Shown: piece after piece, positions 40,057 through 50,545 of the stretch
Numbering within the stretch: the first letter of the stretch is position 1
Layout of the letters: each line of letters opens with the position of its first letter
Origin: Nitrosopumilaceae archaeon
GTDB lineage: Archaea; Thermoproteota; Nitrososphaeria; Nitrososphaerales; Nitrosopumilaceae
Assembly: GCA_965208905.1 (NCBI GenBank)
Contig: OZ242365.1
Location: forward strand, 1,920,001 to 1,984,000
Direction: 5' to 3'
Length of the DNA stretch: 64,000 nucleotides
Made by a program: the position numbers and the translations under genes
The notes under the pieces: generated by a model
Database searches by the model: none
What the model saw: only the letters and a program-made list of their open reading frames with translations
Told to the model about the DNA's origin: nothing

Positions 40057-41781
40057 TTACCAGTATTTGGTCTTTATCTTCTCAATTACCAGTTCATGTT
40101 CCCGGCTCTTTTTGCTGGCATAACGCTCCATGGCGCCTAGAGGCACACCACCCAAACTTCGGGCTATTGCGTTGAACAGATAACGTTGAGGGCCTTTGCC
40201 ACCGGTCTTGGTCATGAACTTTTGTATTCCATACTTAAAGTTGTGCTGCCATGTCTTGTACATTACACCCAATTGAGCTGGATCCATCTCGTTTCCAATA
40301 TTGAAGAATTCAGACTTCTCCAAGAGTCCAATGGGGACAAACGTCAACGGGGTAACTGTAAACATAGATTCTGGTTGCTCCTGTTCAAGTTCATTTATCA
40401 GTTGTATAGTCTCCCAAGAGTCCTCGGGAGTTTCATCGTTGTCCAGTCCCATTATCAGTGTAAAGGCGGGGATCCAATAATCTTCGTTGAGTGTCTTGAC
40501 ACCCTCTTTTACCACCCAGTGCCACTCTTCTGGAGCATAGGGGGCCAATTTCCTATCAGCATATTTATCGATAAGACGTAAGCTTCCCGTCTCAAAGCCA
40601 CACTGAATGCCAATTACATTGTCTGGACCAGATCCTATGATTTTAGAGAGGTTGGGAATGAGTTTCTCATCGGCGATGGCCCCTGCCAATGTACCATGTG
40701 TGGGATTTGTGTGGGTTACTCCGGCAGACATTATGGCTGTGAACAACTCCTCTAATGCCTCCCTATTGGGCTCCATGCCTTTGCTGGTTCGTGGGTCCAT
40801 ACCGTATACAAATATGTCATCACTGTGAACCCATGCGGATCTGGTGCCGCCCTTTTTGATGTTCACCTCTATCTCATTCTTTACTTTTTCTGGTGAGTAG
40901 TATCGTAGTGAACGTAATGTGACATCACAGAACTTGCATCCTCGACCACATCCGCGCATCACCTCAATCATACCATGCATGCTGGGCTCTACAATATTTG
41001 GAATTTCATCGAGATCAGGCCTATCCCAAAAGTTTACAAATCTACCATAATACGTATGATCTTGCCTCTTGAACTCTTTGATGTTTACCTTAAAGTCTGC
41101 TTTTTTGCGGAAGGGATCCATATTTTCAAACTGGCCATCCATCAGATATCTAAAGAACTTGCCAGCATGTCCGTCTATCTCAGGTGCTATTCCACCCAGC
41201 TCGCCTTCCAGTATCGCATATATGCCAAACTCCTCTATCTTTTCGGGAGCATAATTATACTGCCAGGTTCCCGAAGCTCCAGATATCACCTTTGCCTTGC
41301 TACCCGTCCTCTTCTTTGCCGCATTGATACGATTGTGTAGTTCGGTGTTATAGTATTCATCGTATGACGTCTGTTTTCGACCATAGGTAAACGTCATTGT
41401 AACCGGTCCCATTCCCAGTGGATCCATCTCGTACGTGCCAATAACCTGAGTCTCTGGGCCGATGAACTTTTCAATGTAGTTGGGGTGGGCCACCACCACT
41501 TCATCACGACGGAAGCCGTCCCGGAGTAAGCCTGCCTCCACCTTGCGTAGTCCATAGGGGGCAAACTTGGCTACACCGTTATCATGAGGTATATAGTTAC
41601 AGATAAAGTCAAAGAGTATCTTTGGCGTAACCTGATTTTTTAATATCTTGTACCAAAAGCTCTTTTTGTCTCGGTTGGGATCAATTGCAGGTGCACAGCC
41701 AAAGAATGTAGCCAGAGATATATGCCTATATGGAGACATTAGTGTTCGGTCTGCAGTCAGTACGATTTTTGGCATCACCAT
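40057..41781 (-). CDS. radical SAM protein (B12-binding-like N-terminal domain)
   Basis: RGCGRGCKFC (CxxxCxxC) and APYGLRKVEA. Likely start is ATG 41781. Confidence 0.92.
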   Translation of the reverse strand: MVMPKIVLTADRTLMSPYRHISLATFFGCAPAIDPNRDKKSFWYKILKNQVTPKILFDFICNYIPHDNGVAKFAPYGLRKVEAGLLRDGFRRDEVVVAHPNYIEKFIGPETQVIGTYEMDPLGMGPVTMTFTYGRKQTSYDEYYNTELHNRINAAKKRTGSKAKVISGASGTWQYNYAPEKIEEFGIYAILEGELGGIAPEIDGHAGKFFRYLMDGQFENMDPFRKKADFKVNIKEFKRQDHTYYGRFVNFWDRPDLDEIPNIVEPSMHGMIEVMRGCGRGCKFCDVTLRSLRYYSPEKVKNEIEVNIKKGGTRSAWVHSDDIFVYGMDPRTSKGMEPNREALEELFTAIMSAGVTHTNPTHGTLAGAIADEKLIPNLSKIIGSGPDNVIGIQCGFETGSLRLIDKYADRKLAPYAPEEWHWVVKEGVKTLNEDYWIPAFTLIMGLDNDETPEDSWETIQLINELEQEQPESMFTVTPLTFVPIGLLEKSEFFNIGNEMDPAQLGVMYKTWQHNFKYGIQKFMTKTGGKGPQRYLFNAIARSLGGVPLGAMERYASKKSREHELVIEKIKTKYW

Positions 41782-41986
41782 GCTAATCCGAAAGTCTTTA
41801 TAATTTGTTTTAAATCTTACGCATTTTGATGGGTTGTTTTCAGGCTTGATGAGGAGCAAAAATGGCAACACCTACAATAATCGCCTCCAGAAAATGGGCC
41901 GCCAAAGGTCGCTTATGCCTGTATTAATTAGGCTCTACAATTTACCCGAAAATATATTTGTATAATAAGTAGCCCACACTTGTATT

Positions 41987-42850
41987 ATGTGTAGTGAGAT
42001 TCCTCCTTCATGGTCAGGTAGCATAATACAATGCAATAAAGAATTAGGTATACTGCTGCTGGGAACGCAGGAGGATCAGTTCCAAAAAATATGCGTCATG
42101 TTGTATGATGAGGGATTAGATGTGCAGCGCTCACCCCTGCCCGATATTGAAACGTGGGATGAACTACTCGACAAGTGTTCTGTCGATATTGTGGTGGCCG
42201 GCGACCACCCGGCAGGGAGTAAAGAATGTGTAAAGTTTGCCCGATATCTAATACGGCGAAATCCCCTGATTGATGTACTTTTGTATGATGTGGATAGAAT
42301 AGACGAGACTACCAAATATGACAAGTCACTATACACCAAGATATGGACTCATGATGGTGCAGAGTTTGCGCAGCGTGCCTTATCAATGATAAACATGGGC
42401 AGAAGTAAGTGGAATGACATTATATTCCTGCGTGGAATGGTCATATCCCAGGTGGTCGAACTAGAATCATATATCAACGAGGTTCTGGCTGCCTACTTTG
42501 GGAGCAATATGTCAGATAAACTTGGTAAGCAGTTTATCGAATTCATATTGGAGAATCCCACGTTCTTGCTGGAAGGAAAAAAGAAGGTACTGCAAAGGAT
42601 ACTTGTGTCAGCGGGACGGGGCGACCAATGGAAGAGGATAGGTAGTAAACTGTCAAATCTGCAGAGCTTGCGCAACAAAGTGGCACATTGTGGTGTGGAA
42701 CCAGACGAGCCGAATTTAATCATCTCCATGGACAAAGAATACAAGTACGACAGAGTCAAGATGAGAAAGATAATACAAGATGCACGGCAGGCACGGTTGC
42801 ATTTGATAGATTTGGCCAAAGATATGCGCAACACACAAAATTCAATGTAA
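41987..42850 (+). CDS. hypothetical protein: degenerate receiver-like N-terminus plus HEPN-like C-terminus
   Basis: ILLLG...VDIVVAGD...VLLYD flavodoxin-like pattern, then ELESYI...LRNKVAH (Rx4H). Confidence 0.6.
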   Translation: MCSEIPPSWSGSIIQCNKELGILLLGTQEDQFQKICVMLYDEGLDVQRSPLPDIETWDELLDKCSVDIVVAGDHPAGSKECVKFARYLIRRNPLIDVLLYDVDRIDETTKYDKSLYTKIWTHDGAEFAQRALSMINMGRSKWNDIIFLRGMVISQVVELESYINEVLAAYFGSNMSDKLGKQFIEFILENPTFLLEGKKKVLQRILVSAGRGDQWKRIGSKLSNLQSLRNKVAHCGVEPDEPNLIISMDKEYKYDRVKMRKIIQDARQARLHLIDLAKDMRNTQNSM

Positions 42851-43091
42851 AGAGCTCAGTTGCTTGGTTTACGCCACATGTACATCCAGGACACACATAG
42901 ACATGCAGTACACATTTGCAGTACTAGGATTGGGTTCTGTTGCAAACGTGGTTGATGCGAGGTCGGGGGTGTCGATTTGACCTGTGGCGCATAATGCTAA
43001 CTTGGCATCATGCGTAAAATCACCATCAACCGTATTTTCTAGAGAACCGTATAATGCATAATTTTTAAGGGAAACACGTACTGCACATGAT

Positions 43092-44327
43092 ATGTACTCG
43101 GTAATACTCACAGAGATGGGAATTTTGGTAAGAGATAATGGTCAATACGTACGTTCCTTCCCATTCACTAACAGGGCACAAGAGTATCTAGATGTAAAGG
43201 AGGGGAAGGGGAATAGGGCGCCTCTAGTAATATTTCTATCATCATCAGAGGTAGAGACCAATGATTTGGGTCTGCTATCCATACTAAACAGAAATGACAT
43301 AGATGCCAGAATGATGTCGGACTCAGATATAGATATCATACAGGATACAAAGCCAGCCATTTTAGTAGAAGGGGGCTTTACCTCCAACGAACACGACTCT
43401 CGGGGCAAGTTGCGAGAGTTTGCCTTGGAGTTGTCATCCTCAAGGGTGGCCCAGATATCAGAGACGCCAGACTTGCACATAATACAAGCAATCAACTCGT
43501 TGGATGAGACTGATCGGATAGCCAACTCACTATTTGGTAGGCTGCGGGAGTGGTACGGACTACACTTTCCAGAACTAGAGAATCTGGTTGACGGAATATC
43601 TGGATACTGTAAGATTGTTTTGGTGGGCCGGCGGGAGTCTCTAAATACTCAAGTATTCATCGATGCAGGCTTCTCAGAGTCCAAGACCGATATGCTAAAT
43701 TTGGTGGCCAAGACCAGTCGGGGCGGCAATATATCAGATGAAAATTTAGAACGTATACAGACGATGGCAGGGCAAGTTCTTGAGTTGTACGAGACCCGCA
43801 GAGACTTGGAGGGGCATGTAGAGGTACAGATGAGACAGGCCGCACCAAATCTATCTGCAATAATGGGGACCGGAGTGGGAGCCAGATTGATGGCAAGGGC
43901 AGGTAGTCTTCAACGGTTGGCAACCATGGCTGCCAGTACCATACAGATACTAGGGGCGGAGAAGGCACTATTTCGTGCCATAAAGACTGGAGCCCAGCCG
44001 CCCAAACACGGTCTCATATTCCAACACAGCATGGTACACAAGGCCCCCCGCTGGCAGAGGGGCAAGATAGCCAGAGCCGTGGCATCAAAGGCTGCAATAG
44101 CGGCCCGTATGGATGTGCACGAGCCAGTCCTAAATGAGACACTACTAGAGAAGTTAAATGTTCGAGTCGAAGAGATTGGAGAAAAGTACACTTCGCCTCC
44201 AGAGAGACCAGAGAGACCAGAGATGCACCATAAAGGCGGCAAACAGAAAGATAGTAAACAGAAGGGAAAGAAGTCCAAAACAAAACATTCCAAGAGAAAA
44301 GGCAAGAGAAAGATTGCCCGAAGATAG
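43092..44327 (+). CDS. nop5: C/D box sRNP protein Nop5 (Nop56/58)
   Basis: REWYGLHFPEL, QILGAEKALF, PKHGLIF and a K-rich tail. Confidence 0.96.
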   Translation: MYSVILTEMGILVRDNGQYVRSFPFTNRAQEYLDVKEGKGNRAPLVIFLSSSEVETNDLGLLSILNRNDIDARMMSDSDIDIIQDTKPAILVEGGFTSNEHDSRGKLREFALELSSSRVAQISETPDLHIIQAINSLDETDRIANSLFGRLREWYGLHFPELENLVDGISGYCKIVLVGRRESLNTQVFIDAGFSESKTDMLNLVAKTSRGGNISDENLERIQTMAGQVLELYETRRDLEGHVEVQMRQAAPNLSAIMGTGVGARLMARAGSLQRLATMAASTIQILGAEKALFRAIKTGAQPPKHGLIFQHSMVHKAPRWQRGKIARAVASKAAIAARMDVHEPVLNETLLEKLNVRVEEIGEKYTSPPERPERPEMHHKGGKQKDSKQKGKKSKTKHSKRKGKRKIARR

Positions 44328-44997
44328 TAGTTACTTTTGGATAAAGTTTGAAGGAGAGACTCGCCTAGCTACTGAAAATTTGGCAGTAGGCATACAAGCA
44401 TACAAAGAGAAGTTAGTCACATACAAAAAGACAGAGTATCGTATATGGGATCCATATAGGAGTAAGCTGGCATCAGCCATACTAAACGGAGTGCCCACGC
44501 ATTCGATACGCTATGGCGCATCCATACTATATTTGGGAGCATCCACCGGTACCACCGTAAGCCACGTATCAGATATGATAGGCAGCAGTGGTGTGGTCTT
44601 TGCAGTGGAGCACACCAGCCGCGTGGCCAGAGAGTTGATGGAGAGGGTGGCACGCCACCGTTCAAACGTTACACCCATACTGCAAGATGCCCGCAGGCCT
44701 TCAGAATACTTTTCAGTCTTTGGTAAGATGGATGTCATATACTGCGATATTGCGCAACCGGACCAAACCGACATATCCATTGATAACTGCAAAAAGTATC
44801 TAAAACCCGGAGGTCATCTGTTTTTGGTGATAAAGGCACGTAGCATAAATGTGGCAAAGAGTCCAGCCGACATATTCAAATCAGAGATATCAAAACTAAA
44901 AGACTTTGATGTGCTGTATAATGTAGACCTCAGACCATATCACAAGGACCATGCCATGGTATTAAGTAGATACAATGGTCAAGCAACAAATCTTTGA
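44314..44997 (+). CDS. flpA: fibrillarin-like rRNA/tRNA 2'-O-methyltransferase
   Basis: WDPYRSKLA, LYLGASTGTTVSHVSD and DIAQPDQ motifs. Likely TTG start at 44314. Confidence 0.96.
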   Translation: MPEDSSYFWIKFEGETRLATENLAVGIQAYKEKLVTYKKTEYRIWDPYRSKLASAILNGVPTHSIRYGASILYLGASTGTTVSHVSDMIGSSGVVFAVEHTSRVARELMERVARHRSNVTPILQDARRPSEYFSVFGKMDVIYCDIAQPDQTDISIDNCKKYLKPGGHLFLVIKARSINVAKSPADIFKSEISKLKDFDVLYNVDLRPYHKDHAMVLSRYNGQATNL

Positions 44998-45611
44998 TCA
45001 CCGAGTACGCGACGCATAGTAGACCAGCTCTGCCGTACGAAGGGAGGCATGACACCTGTTGCAAAGTATACTTTACGAAGATACCGTATGGTGTCTGAAT
45101 CGGTGGGGTAACCGCTCCCTACAGGATGACTCTTTTGTATATTCTGTATAGATTTATCCCTTAATACTTTGGCGACTATGGATGCGGCAGCGACCACTAC
45201 AAATTTAGAGTCGGCACATACGTGTGAATGTATCTGCGTCTGTTGTGTGACATCTTTTAGTCTTTTACCAAACTGCGCAGCATCAGAGTAACATGAATCC
45301 ACATAGTATGCATCAGCAGGTGTATGGGATATTATATCTGCCATCTTTATAATCTCCAAATCAGTCAAGCCATGAAACAGTACACTGTTATCTATTGTGT
45401 GAGGACGACAGCGTCGCACCACACATGATGCAGACTTTTTCAGTATCATACGATATAGGCGTAATCGCGTATCAGGTGTCAATACTTTGGAGTCTGCAAC
45501 GCCGGCCTGCTGTAATGTATCTAGATGAGACTCATCGATTGCAACGCCGGCAATCACCAGTGGGCCTATAAAAGAGCCCCGTCCGGCCTCGTCAATACCG
45601 CATACAATCAC
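44979..45611 (-). CDS. rnhB: ribonuclease HII
   Basis: GIDEAGRG, DSKVL, AASIVAKV and GSGYPTD motifs. Confidence 0.96.
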   Translation of the reverse strand: MIVCGIDEAGRGSFIGPLVIAGVAIDESHLDTLQQAGVADSKVLTPDTRLRLYRMILKKSASCVVRRCRPHTIDNSVLFHGLTDLEIIKMADIISHTPADAYYVDSCYSDAAQFGKRLKDVTQQTQIHSHVCADSKFVVVAAASIVAKVLRDKSIQNIQKSHPVGSGYPTDSDTIRYLRKVYFATGVMPPFVRQSWSTMRRVLGDQRFVA

Positions 45612-45664
45612 AGTATCAAACAGTATCGCGCAGGTATTAAACCATCAGGCATATCACCTAAAGT

Positions 45665-46777
45665 ATGATAAACATCACAGAGGGTAAGACGCAGATTTTA
45701 GTTCCCGAATCATCGTTACATGATGTTGTGCCCTCCAAATATCCTGTATTCTTTAATCCCAAAGCAAAGCGAACACGAGACATTGCAGTGTTAGCCTGCA
45801 AGGCCCATGCTCAATGCGAAAAATCTGGCGTATATCTAGATGCCATGGCCGGTATGGGGGTACGGGGAATTCGTGCAGCCGTGGAATCAGGCTATGATAC
45901 AATATACGTAAATGATTCAAACTCCCAAGCCATACAGGTGGCACAGAGATGCGCAGCCCTTAATGACATATCCAATGTACAGTTCTCCACGCAAGAGGCA
46001 TGCAGGTTTTTAGCAGAACACTCCAGTCGAGGAGTGCGAGGAGATATAGTTGATGTGGACCCGTTTGGTTCTCCAGCACCATACATGGACTGCGCCATAC
46101 GGGCCACAAAATATAATGGAATGCTGGCAATGACCGCAACTGACCTGCAGGTGTTGGGCGGATTACACAACGAGGCATGCCAAAGGATATACGGTGGCAT
46201 ACCACTCAAGACAGTGTATGGTGCAGAGATTGCCATACGATTGATTTTAGGTTGTTTAGCACAGGTTGCTGGTCGGTTAGGGGTAGGAGTCTCTCCATTA
46301 TACGTGGAGAGTCATATGCACTATTATCGTGTATATGTCAAAGTGCATTCGACATCCACACCAAACAGTATAGGATATTTAGCACAATGTATGTCGTGTG
46401 GGAGTCGTAATGACTCAAAACACCATGGTGACTGTTCTGCAACAAAGAGTAAGGCAGGTCCATTGTGGGTTGATAAATTATTCGATTCAGAGTTTGTAGG
46501 CGCCATGATAGAACACAGTAATGATATGTACAAAGAGCACCTGCAGATATGTTATGATGAGGCAGGTATGCCGCCCACATTTTATACATCAGATGAAATA
46601 GCATCAAAGATTAAGAGTGGTCCGCCCCCTCTAAAGACAATGATACCTGCGTTGAGAGATGCAGGTTTTATTGCGTCACGCACGTCATTCTCGCCCACAG
46701 GATTCAGAACCAATGCTAGTATTACTGATGTATGTGATATAATGAGTGATGTAAAACGTGCCTGTTTTGCTTTTTGA
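45665..46777 (+). CDS. trm1: tRNA (guanine26-N2)-dimethyltransferase
   Basis: VFFNP...RD, DVDPFGSP, TATD and GPLW motifs. Confidence 0.94.
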   Translation: MINITEGKTQILVPESSLHDVVPSKYPVFFNPKAKRTRDIAVLACKAHAQCEKSGVYLDAMAGMGVRGIRAAVESGYDTIYVNDSNSQAIQVAQRCAALNDISNVQFSTQEACRFLAEHSSRGVRGDIVDVDPFGSPAPYMDCAIRATKYNGMLAMTATDLQVLGGLHNEACQRIYGGIPLKTVYGAEIAIRLILGCLAQVAGRLGVGVSPLYVESHMHYYRVYVKVHSTSTPNSIGYLAQCMSCGSRNDSKHHGDCSATKSKAGPLWVDKLFDSEFVGAMIEHSNDMYKEHLQICYDEAGMPPTFYTSDEIASKIKSGPPPLKTMIPALRDAGFIASRTSFSPTGFRTNASITDVCDIMSDVKRACFAF

Positions 46778-47000
46778 GTGATGTAAATTGCCAAAATACA
46801 TAACATAAGGGGTATAATAGTTCCAAAATACCCATAATTTACTTGATGTGTAACTTTTCTGTTTTGTTATCCATACCACTAGCAGCGCTGAGGATATCAT
46901 TAAAAAGGTATAAAAAATTAGTAGTCTGCCATGAAAAACCTGTAAAAACACATTATCAAAATCAAGCTCGAATACAAGGGCCCACTCTTGCCGCAGCTAT

Positions 47001-47591
47001 TTATTTAAATCCCACACATATCATGTATAGTTCACTACTAGGTTTTCGACTGGCTTTTGGTTTTGTGGTCTTGACCCGTACAAATTTTTTTGTCATATAT
47101 TGGCGAAATTCTTGAGAATATTCACCATCAAATACTTTGAATACCGCATTACCTTTAGAGGACAAGACTGCATCCATTATTCTGGCACAAGAGTAGTTTA
47201 ACGCTATCTGACGAGCATGATCCACTGACCAATTACCCGTTACGGATGGAGACATATCACAGATTACAGAGTTTATCTTGCGGCCAAAGTACTCTAGTAT
47301 ATCATCGATTACAAAATCATCATCAATGTCAGCCTGCAGTATATAAGCACCCATAATATCCTCCACAAATGACGTATCGACTCCCATTACGCGACCTCTA
47401 TTTCCTGCTAATTTCACGGCCATCTGCGTCCAGCCACCCGGTGCGCATCCCAAGTCCAATACATAAAAGCCGGGGCCTATGATACGATATGATTTATTGA
47501 TCTCTTTTAGTTTGTATGCTGCCCTACTGCGATACCCCTGCTCTCTGGCCAGACGACGATAGTGATCCTTTCTGGCATCTAAAAGTTTCAT
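47001..47591 (-). CDS. rlmE: 23S rRNA Um2552 methyltransferase (FtsJ/RrmJ)
   Basis: YRSRAAYKL, DLGCAPGGW and KPKASRKPSSE motifs. Confidence 0.96.
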   Translation of the reverse strand: MKLLDARKDHYRRLAREQGYRSRAAYKLKEINKSYRIIGPGFYVLDLGCAPGGWTQMAVKLAGNRGRVMGVDTSFVEDIMGAYILQADIDDDFVIDDILEYFGRKINSVICDMSPSVTGNWSVDHARQIALNYSCARIMDAVLSSKGNAVFKVFDGEYSQEFRQYMTKKFVRVKTTKPKASRKPSSELYMICVGFK

Positions 47592-48583
47592 TTGGAACGG
47601 GTTCTTTTCAGGTCAATTAAAACCCAGTCTTCAATATATGGACAAGTCATTGGACTTATTTCACCATCCATGGAACATCGCTGTTCAACCGCGCAGGTCA
47701 AACATGGTGCTCCATTAAGCGAGTCTGTACTTACAGGAGTCTTTTTGAGTATCAGCTTGTATGTCCACCTCTCATTTTCAAGAATCTTTACTCTGCTAAC
47801 CGTACCCATACGTTCTAGTTTGAGTGAGAGGCGGGCTCCATTTCGAGCGCTAAGTTTCAGTTTTTTGTATAAATCGGCCTGAAGCATTCCCTCAGATTCA
47901 CGTTCAATCAATAGATCGCACACCTTGTGGGTGAGTTTATCCATATCTACTCGTTCTATCTGAAAGTTTTCAATCTCTTCAGGTGTTAAAGTTTCAGCTA
48001 GTTCATCCTCAAGTATATTTTGGGTTTTTGTGGGGGATTTGGCCTTTCTGGTGCCTTTTTTTGTAGACGCAGTCTTCTTTGTAGTGGAGGCGGCGCTCTT
48101 TGGTTTTGATTTAGAACTTGGAGCGGTTTTAGGTTTTTTTGTGGTTGTGGATTTTTTAGTGGTGGATTTTTTTGTTGATGTGGACTTTTTTGTAGTGGAT
48201 TTTGTGGTTGTGGATTTTTTAGTAGGTTTTTTAGTGGTGGATTTTTTTGTTGATGTGGACTTTTTTGTAGTGGATTTTGTAGGCGGTGCGGCGCTAGCAT
48301 CATCGGTCTGAGCGGCCTTTGTATCAGTGCTGGATTTTGTAGTTGTTTTATTTAGTGCTACATTATTTCTTGATGCTAATTTTGTGGCCTTTTTTCCTTT
48401 TAATTGGTCAGAATTATCATCTACAGTGGGAGTCATCTTTGAGTTGACTTCAATAGGCTCTTTGGTTGTAAATACATTCAGCCATTTTTTGAGTTTAGTA
48501 ATATCATTTACAATATCGGTCAAGTTGGATTCAAGGTCTGTCTTTGAAAGATTACTATCACTCATTGCTATACACAAAGCCAT
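47588..48583 (-). CDS. RPC34-like protein / transcription factor E beta with long Lys/Thr/Ser-rich N-terminal extension
   Basis: C-terminal wHTH (GMLQADLYKKLKL) and four-Cys cluster PCLTC...RC...TC typical of TFE-beta/C34 Fe-S domains. Confidence 0.75.
   Translation of the reverse strand: MALCIAMSDSNLSKTDLESNLTDIVNDITKLKKWLNVFTTKEPIEVNSKMTPTVDDNSDQLKGKKATKLASRNNVALNKTTTKSSTDTKAAQTDDASAAPPTKSTTKKSTSTKKSTTKKPTKKSTTTKSTTKKSTSTKKSTTKKSTTTKKPKTAPSSKSKPKSAASTTKKTASTKKGTRKAKSPTKTQNILEDELAETLTPEEIENFQIERVDMDKLTHKVCDLLIERESEGMLQADLYKKLKLSARNGARLSLKLERMGTVSRVKILENERWTYKLILKKTPVSTDSLNGAPCLTCAVEQRCSMDGEISPMTCPYIEDWVLIDLKRTRSK
48130..48282 (-). repeat. low-complexity tandem repeats encoding KKSTT/KKSTST units
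   Basis: GGATTTTTTTGTTGATGTGGACTTTTTTGTAGTGGATTTTGT occurs twice, plus shorter related units. Confidence 0.88.
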
Positions 48584-49026
48584 TATCTAATATAAAATAC
48601 AGTACTTCCTATAAGTTGGTTACCATGAATATCAATTATTGTTGTAATAGTATAGCTGCCAGGCTCCAGATCATCAGTCAAGAGACCATCCAACACGAGT
48701 AGTTGAGAGTCGGCCAAAACACATTGTGATGGATACAGAGTTTCAAATATAACATCCCCTGCTGAATTATACACTATTACATTAACATCTCCACAATCAA
48801 AGGAGGTATTTCCCATGTACATTTGAAGTTCAACTATATCACCCTGCATATACTCTTCCTGCAATCCCAACATCTCAACTGATGGCGTAGAGTCATGTGA
48901 TGCGGTAGGCCACATGTTCAGTTCCCGGTCCAGACTATCCAAGGCGCTAGCCAGTACAGCAGAGCCAAATACTACAGTAAATATCGCAGGCAATACAAAT
49001 ACAACATATGCAACTCCACGCGCCAT
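48583..49026 (-). CDS. membrane-anchored hypothetical protein
   Basis: N-terminal hydrophobic segment and beta-rich C-terminus. Coupled (TAATG) to the downstream gene. Confidence 0.75.
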   Translation of the reverse strand: MARGVAYVVFVLPAIFTVVFGSAVLASALDSLDRELNMWPTASHDSTPSVEMLGLQEEYMQGDIVELQMYMGNTSFDCGDVNVIVYNSAGDVIFETLYPSQCVLADSQLLVLDGLLTDDLEPGSYTITTIIDIHGNQLIGSTVFYIR

Positions 49027-49181
49027 GAGATGACAAAATCATAAAGTAATATATCAGTTTACAAAATTGGATAATAATAGTTACTACCAGTCTACACATG
49101 GTCGCCAAGTTACAGATGCCGTCCGTATGGTGACATAATTGATACACTTGGATTTTTATAGCCACAACAACTGGTCACACT

Positions 49182-50015
49182 ATGAAGATAACTGTAGGCC
49201 ACACTCCAGATGCAGATGATGCCTTTATGTTTTATGGAATGCTCTCAGGCAAAATACCATCCACACACTTTGATGTCATAGAGGTGATCGATGATATAGA
49301 AAGTCTAAATCGACGTGCAAGAATAGGGGATTTGGATGTTACAGCAGTATCAGTGCACGCTTGCGCCAGTATTTCTGGATATACCATACTGAGAAGTGGG
49401 GGCAGTTTTGGTCTGGGATACGGGCCCATAGTAGTGGCACAAGATAATTTTGATATAAATGATCTACCAGACTCTAAGATAGCCATACCCGGAAGAATGA
49501 CATCTGCCTATCTACTACTCCAACTGATGATTGGTAGGTTCGACTATGTTGAGATGGACTTTACCAAGATACCAGCAGCCGTGAAAGATGGCATAGTAGA
49601 TGCAGGACTAGTCATACATGAGGGACAGATATCATATGCGCAACATGATATAATCAAAGTGCTAGATACCGGCGAATGGTGGAGTAAGGAGACCGGCGGG
49701 CTTCCGGTACCTTTGGGCATAAATGTGATAAAGACATCATTAGGTTATGACACAATACGTAGATTTGACAGATACTTTCAGGAATCCATAAAGTGTGGAT
49801 TGGCCAACTCGCAAGAGGCAGTAAAGTTTGCTATGAAGTATGGGAGAGGTAACACCAGTGAACTTATAGATAAATTTGTCAAGATGTATGTCAACCCCGT
49901 AACGGTGGATATGGGAGATGATGGTGAGAAAGCCATACGAAGAATGTTTCAGATGGCAAAGGATGCAGATCTGGTTTCAGAGTTTGACTTAGAAATTGCA
50001 CCACACATCGATTAA
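49182..50015 (+). CDS. mqnD: MqnA/MqnD family futalosine-pathway enzyme (1,4-dihydroxy-6-naphthoate synthase-like)
   Basis: HTPDADDAFMFY, GYGP, LVIHEGQ and LPVPLG motifs. Confidence 0.85.
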   Translation: MKITVGHTPDADDAFMFYGMLSGKIPSTHFDVIEVIDDIESLNRRARIGDLDVTAVSVHACASISGYTILRSGGSFGLGYGPIVVAQDNFDINDLPDSKIAIPGRMTSAYLLLQLMIGRFDYVEMDFTKIPAAVKDGIVDAGLVIHEGQISYAQHDIIKVLDTGEWWSKETGGLPVPLGINVIKTSLGYDTIRRFDRYFQESIKCGLANSQEAVKFAMKYGRGNTSELIDKFVKMYVNPVTVDMGDDGEKAIRRMFQMAKDADLVSEFDLEIAPHID

Positions 50016-50153
50016 TTTTGCCTCTCAGCATACGTGTAGCGCTGCAGTCATCATTTAATCAGTCTGGCCATGATATGCAGTCATAAGATTATGCGCTATA
50101 CTGATAATTAATACAATGATAAGATATTTTTAGAGACGATTTTACATGTATTT

Positions 50154-50540
50154 ATGAACAAATGTTGGGTAGGTGCCGAATATATCATATCTGGAGACGG
50201 TCATCTTGTGGTTTTAGAGACTCTAAAACATTACATGGCCAAGCTTGAGAGTATTCAGAGTCCCGAATATGGGGCCACAAACATGTTCATTGGACTAGTA
50301 AAACAAGAGGCTGCCAAAAGAATGCCGCAGGTAGAGATGACATTAGACAAGGTGCACCGTTTTTTAATTGGTGAGACTACTGCGCAGTCTTTGATAGATG
50401 ACATACCGATTATAAATAGTGCCATTGACTCTTATAGATTTGATCTTGTACAGTCCCAGTCCAAGACAGATGACGCAGTTGTTACAGCTACTATTGCTCG
50501 CTTAGATGAGGCAAAGCAGGCCATAAATAAATTCGAATAA
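50154..50540 (+). CDS. hypothetical protein
   Basis: 128-aa helical ORF with AT-rich upstream region. Confidence 0.7.
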   Translation: MNKCWVGAEYIISGDGHLVVLETLKHYMAKLESIQSPEYGATNMFIGLVKQEAAKRMPQVEMTLDKVHRFLIGETTAQSLIDDIPIINSAIDSYRFDLVQSQSKTDDAVVTATIARLDEAKQAINKFE

Positions 50541-50545
50541 AAATT

